Assembly (NCBI GenBank): GCA_046581755.1
Contig: JAYGFR010000272.1
Location: forward strand, 1 to 15,577
DNA length: 15,577 nt
Direction: 5' to 3'
Source of the DNA: Nitrospinota bacterium
GTDB lineage: Bacteria; UBA8248
Shown: piece by piece, positions 8,977 through 15,577 of the stretch
How positions within the stretch are numbered: the first letter of the stretch is position 1
How the letters are laid out: each line of letters begins with the position of its first letter
Notes under the pieces: model-generated
Seen by the model: the letters and a program-made list of their open reading frames with translations, nothing else
Told to the model about the DNA's origin: nothing
Database searches by the model: none
Program-made: the position numbers and the translations under genes

Positions 8977-10591
8977 TTACTTCCGGCGCCTCCGGCGGCT
9001 TCCTCGGCTGCGCCGCCTGCTCCGGGTCTGTTGCTGGGGCCTCGGAGGGAATTTGAAGTCGATGGCGGTCCCGAGGCACGACTTTTTCCAGCCCGCATCC
9101 CGCCATTCACCCGTATTGTTCCCGGTTTGAACCCATTTATCTCAGGTCCATTCGGTGTACCACCGCCCGGCACTGTCCTTATCTTTTTTGGGTTCGTTGA
9201 TACGAATGAGACGGAAGTCGGTAACGCCGGCTTTCGACGCGCACAATTTTTTAGAGGTTACGGCGCAGAAGCACGTATTGTCCTCGGTGCCGTTGGGATG
9301 CGGAATCAGCTGGTAGCGGAGATTGCCGCTTTTGTCTGAGGTCTTTCCGACGAGGATTTCCGTATCGAATCTGCGGATGGGAAATGGCCTTCTCCGGTTC
9401 GAATCTTTGAGGACGAACTGGAATTGCACCGTCTTGTTTTTATTTTCGAACACCCCTTCGCTGGGTTGGACTATCTCTTTGTTAACACTCAAGCCATCCC
9501 CCGCCACACCGATAACGATTCCTCTCGAATCGGTGACCTGGAACGACACCTTCCGGCCTGTCCGGATATCGACGTCCACTTTTGCGGCGGGTGCCGGCCA
9601 GGGAGGCCCGCACTGATAAATCCGGCGGGGGAGATATCCGGTCAGGGTGCGGCCTTTGTTCCCCAGGGTCCAACGAATTTTATCGCTATGCACCCTGTAC
9701 TGATATCGTATTTCCGTCCAACGGACACTGGATATTTTCGCGAGGCCCCTTCCCGTCACGAAGCGTAGGCGTCGCGAATGGCTCTCGCCACCCGCGTGGC
9801 CTTGTATCCCGCGTCTTTCAGCGCCCTCTCTGCCTGTTTTTTGCCCCGCCCGAAGGAATCTTTCAGATATCTCCCCAGCGTTATCGCCGAATTCTGGCTG
9901 GTATATCCCGCCCGGTAAATCGTCCGGGAAAAAGCGCCCGCTTTTAAATTTCCGGCAATGTATTTCAGCACGCCGATTGACCTGTTCAAGGACCACCGGA
10001 AGGTCTTCCGGCCCGCGTCCAATATCGCGTGCAGTTCCATCCTGGCTCTCTTCATGATCCGCGCGGCCCCTTTATTGCCCTGCCCCCCGGATTCTTTCAG
10101 GCACCTTAAAAGGGCCGCCGTCGACATATTCAGATTGCCCTTCGCCGTCCGGGCGATATTCTTCAGCGAGTAGCCCGCGCTTTTCAGCGCGCTCGCGATT
10201 CGGGCCTTGTTCCAGATATTGAACACGTTCTTCACGATATTCGTGGCCGGGTTCGTTGATGTGATCATTTTTTTTCGAAGGGTTTTAATCGTACTGGACG
10301 CGGAAATTTTCCACTTTTGAAAATCCTGGCGATAGAGGTCGCGCCAGCCCCGAATTTGGATTTCAACTGCCCGGCGATGTAGGGAGAGCTTTTCCCGGCG
10401 CGTCTCAAATTTTTGAACAGATCTTTTCTCGTGTGAGTGACGGCCATGCGCATTTCGGGTGCGGGGTGGATACTCTGGCCCTCGATGGTGCCCCGCGCCG
10501 TGGCCGGGCCTGGCGCCGCCATGAGAAAAATCAGGCCCGCACAAAAAAATGCCGCGAAACATTTGTTCATTCGGAAAGTCTTTTTCATCAT
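8977..10591 (-). pseudogene. Interrupted gene for an exported basic helical-repeat protein (~538 aa reconstructed; two -1 frame changes and one in-frame TGA)
   Basis: Segment A (10591-10265) carries the signal peptide MMKKTFRMNKCFAAFFCAGLIFLMAAPGPATA and the first repeats. Segment B (~10303-9756) continues the same repeats. Segment C runs ~9759-9142. Beyond TGA 9144-9142 the same frame stays open as DKWVQTGNNTGEWRDAGWKKSCLGTAIDFKFPPRPQQQTRSRRRSRGSRRRRRK to TAA 8979-8977. 1615 nt + 2 = 539 codons. Could instead be recoded or a set of coupled small genes. Confidence 0.65.
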
Positions 10592-11312
10592 CGCCGATCT
10601 CGGTGCCTTCATCGAGGGTCTGCCGGAGAAAATTCGGGGGATGGCCCGGATACGGAGAAAAGATATTTTTGACATCCTGCTCAACCGCCGGCTGATATTC
10701 CGGCAAGCCGAGAAACTCGGCGTAGGCAACCGGAAGGCCGTCTGGGATTACATCGCGTGGGCGCAGAGGGAGATTATGATTCGTGTGGTGATGAGCGATC
10801 TCAATAAAAAATGGGCGCCGACGGCCAGGGAATTGAAAGACGAGTACGAAAGGAACAAGAAAAAATTTCATCAGCTCGGCAAGGTCACCGCCTCGCACAT
10901 CATGGTGGTCTCGGAAAAAGAGGCCAAGGAGCTTTTCGAGAAGCTGAAAAAAGGGGCGAATTTCGCGAAATTGGCAAAGAAATATTCGATGGCCCCGGAG
11001 CGCCAGATGGGGGGGAGCCTCGGAGCGATGACCCGGGGCCAGCACCGGACGACCGGCCTTCCGGCCATCATCGAGGAAACGGCGTTTTCATTAAAGGCGG
11101 GATCGTTTAGCGGCGTCGTGCGGAGCCAGTTCGGATGGCACATCGTTTATACGTCCCAAAAAGAAAAGGTGCGCCAGCTATCCTTCAAGGAGGTTCATAA
11201 ATCCATCGAGGAGAGCCTGGGAAAATCGAAGCGGGCCCGCCGGTTGGAGGCCCTGCTGGCCAAACTATCGGCCGAATACAAGGTTATAAAATATCCCGAC
11301 CGGATTCCCTGA
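10590..11312 (+). CDS. PrsA/PpiC-type (parvulin) peptidyl-prolyl isomerase, apparently 5'-truncated
   Basis: VTASHIMV, GANFAKLAKKYS, GGSLG, AFSLKAGSFSGVVRSQFGWHIV and LSFKEVHKSI. The foldase-like N-domain begins at IADLGAFIEGLP (10590). There is no signal peptide or convincing start; in-frame candidates are GTG 10437 and ATG 10446, 10485, 10521 and 10641. Confidence 0.85.
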   Translation: MADLGAFIEGLPEKIRGMARIRRKDIFDILLNRRLIFRQAEKLGVGNRKAVWDYIAWAQREIMIRVVMSDLNKKWAPTARELKDEYERNKKKFHQLGKVTASHIMVVSEKEAKELFEKLKKGANFAKLAKKYSMAPERQMGGSLGAMTRGQHRTTGLPAIIEETAFSLKAGSFSGVVRSQFGWHIVYTSQKEKVRQLSFKEVHKSIEESLGKSKRARRLEALLAKLSAEYKVIKYPDRIP

Positions 11313-11378
11313 CGGCGGAAGGCGTGCCGGATACAAAATTGCGGCGGATTCGATCGAGCCAGTGCGCGGGGGTTCGGT

Positions 11379-12683
11379 TCAGCCCGCGTCTCCGGCCTGG
11401 CGCGGGCCCAAGGTCTTTTGGAGATGAAGGACCACCGGGATGGAAATCAGGATAAGAAGGATGATGAGAATAATCGGAACGACGTAACTTCCCGTGAATT
11501 GGAAGTAATACCCCGCGAACGGCGGGCCGACGACGCCGCCCATGCCGTAGGCGATTTCGGTGAATCCCACGATGACAGCGTAAGTGGGCCCCTCGAAGAT
11601 ATCGCCGCCCAGGGCGGAGCCGCACGAGCTCATGCCGCCGATCCCGATTCCGTAGATGACGGCGAAGATGTATGCTAGGAGCAGGCCGCCGCCCCAGACC
11701 GGAAGAAAGAGCAGCAGAACCAGCCCCAGGGCCACCACGGCCGCCGAGATTGCCGTGCCTGGTCCCCGGCCGATCCGGTCGCCCAGCCAGCCTCCCGAGA
11801 TGCTTCCGAAGGTTCTCAAAAAGCCCACCATGCCGATGATCAACGCCAGGGCCGCCACCGAAAACCCGATGTCCTTCAGGTAGAGCGCGATCAGGCTGAT
11901 GATCGTGTTGTTGTTTAAGCCGACGGCGAAATACACAAACATCATGCACCAAAAGCGATGGTCTCCCTTGAGGGAGAGAAAAACGGTTTTTACGCTCTTG
12001 TCCACGGGGGCCTGGCTGGAGGGGTCCCCGTTCCCTCCGGGGTCTGGCTCGGTGGCGGCGCCGTCGCGGTTTTGCCCCACGTCCCCAGGCCGGTCCCGCA
12101 TCACGAAATAACTCATCGGCGTGATGACGAGGAGGACGAACAGCCCGTATCCCACATAGGCGAGCCGCCAGCCCCACAGGGCGATCATTCTTTCGGTGAG
12201 TGGAAGGAGGACGAGAACCCCGATTCCGATTCCCGACAGGGTGATGCCGGTGGCGCGGCCCCGGAAGCGCATGAACCAGCGGGGCATGATTGCCGAGTTC
12301 GTGGCGAACCCGTTCAGCGCAAGCCCGATCCCGCCGAGAAGGCCGATCACGAGATAAACGTGCCAGATGGTGTTGATGAAATAGCCCAGCAGGGAAGCAA
12401 CGGCCACAAGGGCGCATCCCCAGGGCATGATAGCGCGGGGGCCATGCCTTTCGAGGAGCGAGCCAATGTAGGGGGACGATAGGGCGTAGATCAACAGCGA
12501 AAGCGAGAATGCCCAGCTGAGCGTGCCCCGGCTCCAGCCGAACTCGGCGATGAGCGGGATCTGGAAAATGGAAAACGAAAATCGGTAGACAACCTGAAAG
12601 GCCAGCGTGACGAAGCCCAGGCCGACAATGATCCAGCCGTAGTAGAGGCGGGGCGCCGGGCGGGGCTGCGCGGTCGAGGTCAT
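11379..12683 (-). CDS. MFS transporter (OFA/MCT-like), 434 aa
   Basis: YYGWIIV, EFGWSRG, motif A GSLLERHGPR and GWLGDRIGR, RWFMRFRGRATGI, and about 12 hydrophobic segments. ATG 12683 follows GGGAG. Confidence 0.93.
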   Translation of the reverse strand: MTSTAQPRPAPRLYYGWIIVGLGFVTLAFQVVYRFSFSIFQIPLIAEFGWSRGTLSWAFSLSLLIYALSSPYIGSLLERHGPRAIMPWGCALVAVASLLGYFINTIWHVYLVIGLLGGIGLALNGFATNSAIMPRWFMRFRGRATGITLSGIGIGVLVLLPLTERMIALWGWRLAYVGYGLFVLLVITPMSYFVMRDRPGDVGQNRDGAATEPDPGGNGDPSSQAPVDKSVKTVFLSLKGDHRFWCMMFVYFAVGLNNNTIISLIALYLKDIGFSVAALALIIGMVGFLRTFGSISGGWLGDRIGRGPGTAISAAVVALGLVLLLFLPVWGGGLLLAYIFAVIYGIGIGGMSSCGSALGGDIFEGPTYAVIVGFTEIAYGMGGVVGPPFAGYYFQFTGSYVVPIILIILLILISIPVVLHLQKTLGPRQAGDAG

Positions 12684-12738
12684 GGGTGGCGGGCTCCCGC
12701 CCCCGGCTTCGCGGGGCGACCGGTGAAGAATGAATCCG

Positions 12739-12762
12739 AAAAAAAATAGCCGGAATCCCGGC
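12739..12762 (-). terminator. Terminator-like hairpin between the deacylase and MFS genes
   Basis: The minus strand reads GCCGG-GATT-CCGGC followed by TA and T8. Confidence 0.55.
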
Positions 12763-12781
12763 AAATAAGTAAACTGGGGCT

Positions 12782-12811
12782 ATTCTAGCCCTCCCTTGCC
12801 CCGGCGCGCAA
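12782..12811 (-). promoter_or_regulatory. Putative sigma70 promoter for the MFS gene
   Basis: The minus strand reads TTGCGC (12811-12806), 18 nt, TAGAAT (12787-12782). The -10 lies within the palindrome GGGCTA-TTC-TAGCCC (12777-12791). Confidence 0.4.
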
Positions 12812-12828
12812 TGGCGCGGGTGCTTGCG

Positions 12829-13713
12829 CTAAGCCTCCCAGAAGGCCATCGCCGTCTGAACGTGGATATCCAGGGTGTCCTCGGGGTTTCTAGCGTAGCC
12901 GCCGCCGAGCGTACCGGCGGCGGGGATCGACCGCTGGCGGCATTGGGCGAGGATGAAATCGTCCCGGCGGCGGAGGCCCTCCTTGGAGAGTTTGAGCGTG
13001 CCGAGCTGATCGTCCATATAGGGGTCCGCGCCCGCCTGGTAGATGACAAGTTCGGGCCGGTGGCCGTCGAGTATCCGGGGAATGTGCGCCTCGATCTTTT
13101 CCATGTACTCGCCGTCGCTGGCCAGATCCGCGAGGCCGATGTCCAGATCGCTCCGCCGCTTGCGGGGATAAATTCTTTCCTGGTGGATGGAGAAGGTAAA
13201 CACACTTTCCTCGTTCCGGAAAATCACCGCCGTCCCGTTTCCCTGATGCAGGTCGCAGTCGATCACGGCGGCGCGGGAGATGGCCCCCTCGGCCATCAGG
13301 ACCCGTATCGCCAGGGCGAGGTCGTTGACGTAGCAGAACCCCTCGGCGCAATCGGGAAACGCGTGGTGAAACCCGCCGGAAAGATTCAGCGCCAGCCCCC
13401 TCGCCAGCGCTTCGCGGGCGGCCCGGAGAGTGCCCCCGGCCGATAGAAACACCCAGCGGATAATCTCGGGCGAAAGGGGGAGTTCGCTCGGGAGCGTGCG
13501 CTCGGTGTGCACGCCCGAGCGCATATCGGCGAGGTATTCTTTCGTGTGGATCAGGAGAACTTCCGCGTCCCCCGCCTCGGCGGGCTCAAAGAAGGCGCTC
13601 TCCGGGATCCCCCCGGCCCGCAGGCGCTCGAAAGTTTTACGGAACTTCTCTACTTGAAGAACGTGTTGGCCGATGTCGGCGCAATAGTCCGGATGATAGA
13701 TGAACGCGGCCAC
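12829..13713 (-). CDS. Zn-dependent histone deacetylase-family amidohydrolase, 294 aa
   Basis: GGFHHA, GFCYVNDLA, IDCDLHQGNGT (Zn ligands D and H), TFSIHQ, QAGAD...DQLG and GGGY (catalytic Tyr). The GTG start overlaps the upstream TAG by 1 nt. Confidence 0.95.
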   Translation of the reverse strand: MAAFIYHPDYCADIGQHVLQVEKFRKTFERLRAGGIPESAFFEPAEAGDAEVLLIHTKEYLADMRSGVHTERTLPSELPLSPEIIRWVFLSAGGTLRAAREALARGLALNLSGGFHHAFPDCAEGFCYVNDLALAIRVLMAEGAISRAAVIDCDLHQGNGTAVIFRNEESVFTFSIHQERIYPRKRRSDLDIGLADLASDGEYMEKIEAHIPRILDGHRPELVIYQAGADPYMDDQLGTLKLSKEGLRRRDDFILAQCRQRSIPAAGTLGGGYARNPEDTLDIHVQTAMAFWEA

Positions 13714-14912
13714 TAGACGATCCCGCTCTCACGGAGGCGGGAGATGTCCTCGCCGCCGTAGCCGAGGTGGCCGAGTATCTCTTCGGTGTGCTTTCCCTTC
13801 GGAGGACCCGGCCAGCGGATGCGGCCGGGCGTGTCTTTCATGATCGGATTGGGGGTCTGAATCCGGAAGGTGCCCAGCTCCTCGTCCTCCACCTCGATGA
13901 ACGTGCCCCGTTGGCGGACATGGGGGTCGTTCAATAGTTGCTCGATGTCGTAGATGGGCCCCAGCGCGCCCTCGAACTTCTGGAAACGAGCGATGGTCTC
14001 CTTCAGGGTATGCTCCCCGATCCAGGCCTGAATCGCTTCATCGAGCTCCTCCATGTGAGCGACGCGCCCCTCCTGGGTCTGCATTCTCGGGTCCTCGCCC
14101 AGGTCTTCTCTGCCGATGGCCGCCATGATGCGCTTGTAGATGCTGTGGGCGCTGCCCGAGAGAACGACGTAGCGTCCGTCCTTGCAGCGGTAGGTGTTCC
14201 GGGGCGCCACGAAGGGAAGCGTGTTGCCGGTGCGTCCCTGGATGGTTCCGAGCTGATCGTACATGAGCGATTGCGGCCCGAGGAGAGTAGTAATCGGCTC
14301 GTAGATGGCCAGGTCAATCACCTGGCCCGGCGCATCGTGCATGTCGCGGTGGTAGAGGGCCATCATGACCGCGTAGGTGCCGCACATGGCGCTGACGCCG
14401 TCCGCCAGCGCGAATCCCGGCAGCGTCGGCGGCCCCTCCGCCTCTCCGGTGATGTGCGAGTACCCGCTCATCGCCTCGGCGAGAGTGCCGAACCCCGGCC
14501 GCCGGGCGTAGGGTCCCTCCTGGCCGAAGCCGCTGCATCTGACCAGGATCAGCTTCGGGTTCAGGCGGTGGAGGACCTCCCAAGAAAGCTCCCATTTTTC
14601 GAGGGTTCCGGGCCGGAAATTCTCAATCAGGACATCCGCGTCCACAACAAGTTTCTTAAGGATTTCTTGGCCCTCGGGCGCCGAGAGGTTGCAGGTGATC
14701 GATTTTTTGTTCCGCCCCGTCAGCTTCCACCAGAGCGAGATGCCATCTTTTTGGGGCGCGAAGCTCCGGAGCGAATCCCCCCGCGGGTGCTCGACCTTGA
14801 TCGCATCGGCCCCGAAATCGGCCATGTGGGTGGCGATCATGGGCCCGGCGAAGAGGGTTCCGATATCCACGACGGTGACGCCGTCGAGGGGCATGGCGTT
14901 ATCGGCTGCCAT
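13713..14912 (-). CDS. Family III (CaiB/BaiF) CoA-transferase, 399 aa
   Basis: PLDGVTVVD, AGPMIATHMADFGADAIKVEHP, RNKKSITCNL, ENFRPGTLEKW, catalytic-Asp region ALADGVSA and GPPKGKHT. ATG 14912 follows GGGAG; the longer ORF start at 15179 is unsupported. Confidence 0.95.
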   Translation of the reverse strand: MAADNAMPLDGVTVVDIGTLFAGPMIATHMADFGADAIKVEHPRGDSLRSFAPQKDGISLWWKLTGRNKKSITCNLSAPEGQEILKKLVVDADVLIENFRPGTLEKWELSWEVLHRLNPKLILVRCSGFGQEGPYARRPGFGTLAEAMSGYSHITGEAEGPPTLPGFALADGVSAMCGTYAVMMALYHRDMHDAPGQVIDLAIYEPITTLLGPQSLMYDQLGTIQGRTGNTLPFVAPRNTYRCKDGRYVVLSGSAHSIYKRIMAAIGREDLGEDPRMQTQEGRVAHMEELDEAIQAWIGEHTLKETIARFQKFEGALGPIYDIEQLLNDPHVRQRGTFIEVEDEELGTFRIQTPNPIMKDTPGRIRWPGPPKGKHTEEILGHLGYGGEDISRLRESGIV

Positions 14913-14984
14913 CTTGCGGGCGCTCCCGGTCCGGAGAAGGTTATGCGCCGCCGGTTGCGGCGAAAGGATTGACGAATGCCCCGA

Positions 14985-15014
14985 ATGGTAGCAGAGCCCC
15001 CGCGCGCATATCAA
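14985..15014 (-). promoter_or_regulatory. Putative sigma70 promoter of the CoA-transferase/deacylase operon
   Basis: The minus strand reads TTGATA (15014-15009), 18 nt, TACCAT (14990-14985), with an extended -10 TGn. Confidence 0.5.
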
Positions 15015-15032
15015 CGCCGCCCATTTCTTGCG

Positions 15033-15067
15033 TGGACTTGCCGCCCCGTGGGGCATGGACTTGCCGC
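15033..15067. repeat. 12-bp direct repeat TGGACTTGCCGC x2 (period 23 bp)
   Basis: Exact copies at 15033-15044 and 15056-15067, between the two divergent promoter candidates. Confidence 0.7.
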
Positions 15068-15084
15068 TCCCGGGCTGGGATAAT
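15056..15084 (+). promoter_or_regulatory. Putative sigma70 promoter of the Tim44-like gene
   Basis: TGGACT (15056-15061), 17 nt, GATAAT (15079-15084) with an extended -10 TGn. Confidence 0.4.
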
Positions 15085-15179
15085 CCGTATCGTTGAAGTA
15101 TGCCGTTCACCGGCGAACCGAAATTTCCGCGCCGAAAATGCCGCGCATGAACCGATCGCCGAAACCAGGAGCTCCGCAT

Positions 15180-15577
15180 ATGTCCCGCGCCGTGAAATTT
15201 GTCTTTGTCCTCGCCCTTCTCGCCGCCTCCGTTCTTGCCGGCTTCCCGTCCTTGGGGCCGGAGGGGCTCCGCCTCGGGCCGGACCCGGCCGAGGCCCGAT
15301 TTGGCCGGATGAGAAGCTTCGGCTTCCGGGGCTCGCGGGGCATGTTCCGCCGCCGCTCCTTCCGCCCGCGCCGCCGGAGCTTCGGCTCCCAGCGTTCGCG
15401 CTTCGGCTCGCGCCGCCGGGGGTTCGGGTCCTCCGGCCGCCGCTCGATGTTCGGCGGTATGGGTGGATTCGGGGGCGGCCTCATGGGCGGCATGGCCGGA
15501 ATGCTCCTCGGCGGCATGATCGGAAGAATGATGTTCGGCGGAATGGGTGGATTCGGTGGCGGGATGGGCGGCGGCGG
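15180..15577 (+). CDS. Probable Tim44-domain membrane protein, N-terminal part (3' end outside the window; absent from the ORF track)
   Basis: AGGAG (15167-15171) then ATG 15180. Translates MSRAVKFVFVLALLAASVLAGF...PAEAR-FGRMRSFGFRGSRG...GGGLMGGMAGMLLGGMIGRMMFGG. The signal peptide + AEAR + SFGxRGSR + glycine-zipper layout is typical of bacterial Tim44-domain proteins, but the Tim44 domain itself is not visible. Confidence 0.7.
   Translation, partial: MSRAVKFVFVLALLAASVLAGFPSLGPEGLRLGPDPAEARFGRMRSFGFRGSRGMFRRRSFRPRRRSFGSQRSRFGSRRRGFGSSGRRSMFGGMGGFGGGLMGGMAGMLLGGMIGRMMFGGMGGFGGGMGGG

Noticed and set aside
8888..9106. 72-aa minus ORF beginning MAGCG as a possible lipoprotein or the displaced foldase N-terminus
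   Set aside because: No hydrophobic signal precedes the Cys, it overlaps rsmI, and another frame gives a more coherent continuation of the upstream gene.
10310..11045. N-terminal part of the 429-aa ORF 9756-11045
   Set aside because: It is antisense to the parvulin gene or out of frame with the signal-peptide segment; only its last ~180 codons look coding.
8938..11378. Accessory block as a mobile element or prophage remnant
   Set aside because: No transposase, integrase, terminal inverted repeats or target-site duplication was seen by eye. The somewhat higher AT content alone is not enough.
15049..15064. GGCATGGACTTGC as a sigma54 -24/-12 promoter
   Set aside because: The GG-to-GC spacing from GGCA is 9 nt rather than the required 10.
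15107..15517. 136-aa Pro/Arg-rich minus-strand ORF
   Set aside because: It is the antisense mirror of the Gly/Arg-rich plus-strand gene starting at 15180, which has a clear RBS and signal peptide.

Overview
GC-rich bacterial chromosomal window with four blocks. (1) Bases 291-6111 hold a complete ISC iron-sulfur assembly operon: Rrf2 regulator, iscS, iscU, iscA, hscB, hscA, fdx, iscX. The regulator lacks IscR signature residues and looks NsrR-like (3 Cys + N-terminal Asp). Tandem GAC-N7-GTC palindromes lie just downstream of a sigma70-type promoter. (2) Co-directional genes follow: a crotonase-family enzyme, a family III CoA-transferase and rsmI (6153-8937). (3) An accessory block (8977-11312) is not resolved by the ORF track. 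Four minus-strand segments join, via two -1 frame changes and one in-frame TGA, into one ~538-aa exported, very basic protein with a signal peptide, helical 'LKxAGY' repeats, a Cys/Trp-rich domain and an Arg-rich tail. It sits back-to-back, with no intergenic space, against an apparently 5'-truncated PrsA/parvulin foldase. (4) On the minus strand are a second family III CoA-transferase, a Zn-dependent HDAC-family deacylase and an MFS transporter (11379-14912). Divergent from these is the N-terminus of a probable Tim44-domain membrane protein that runs off the window. I saw no RNA genes, CRISPR arrays or recognisable mobile elements. All calls come from reading motifs by eye; no searches were run.
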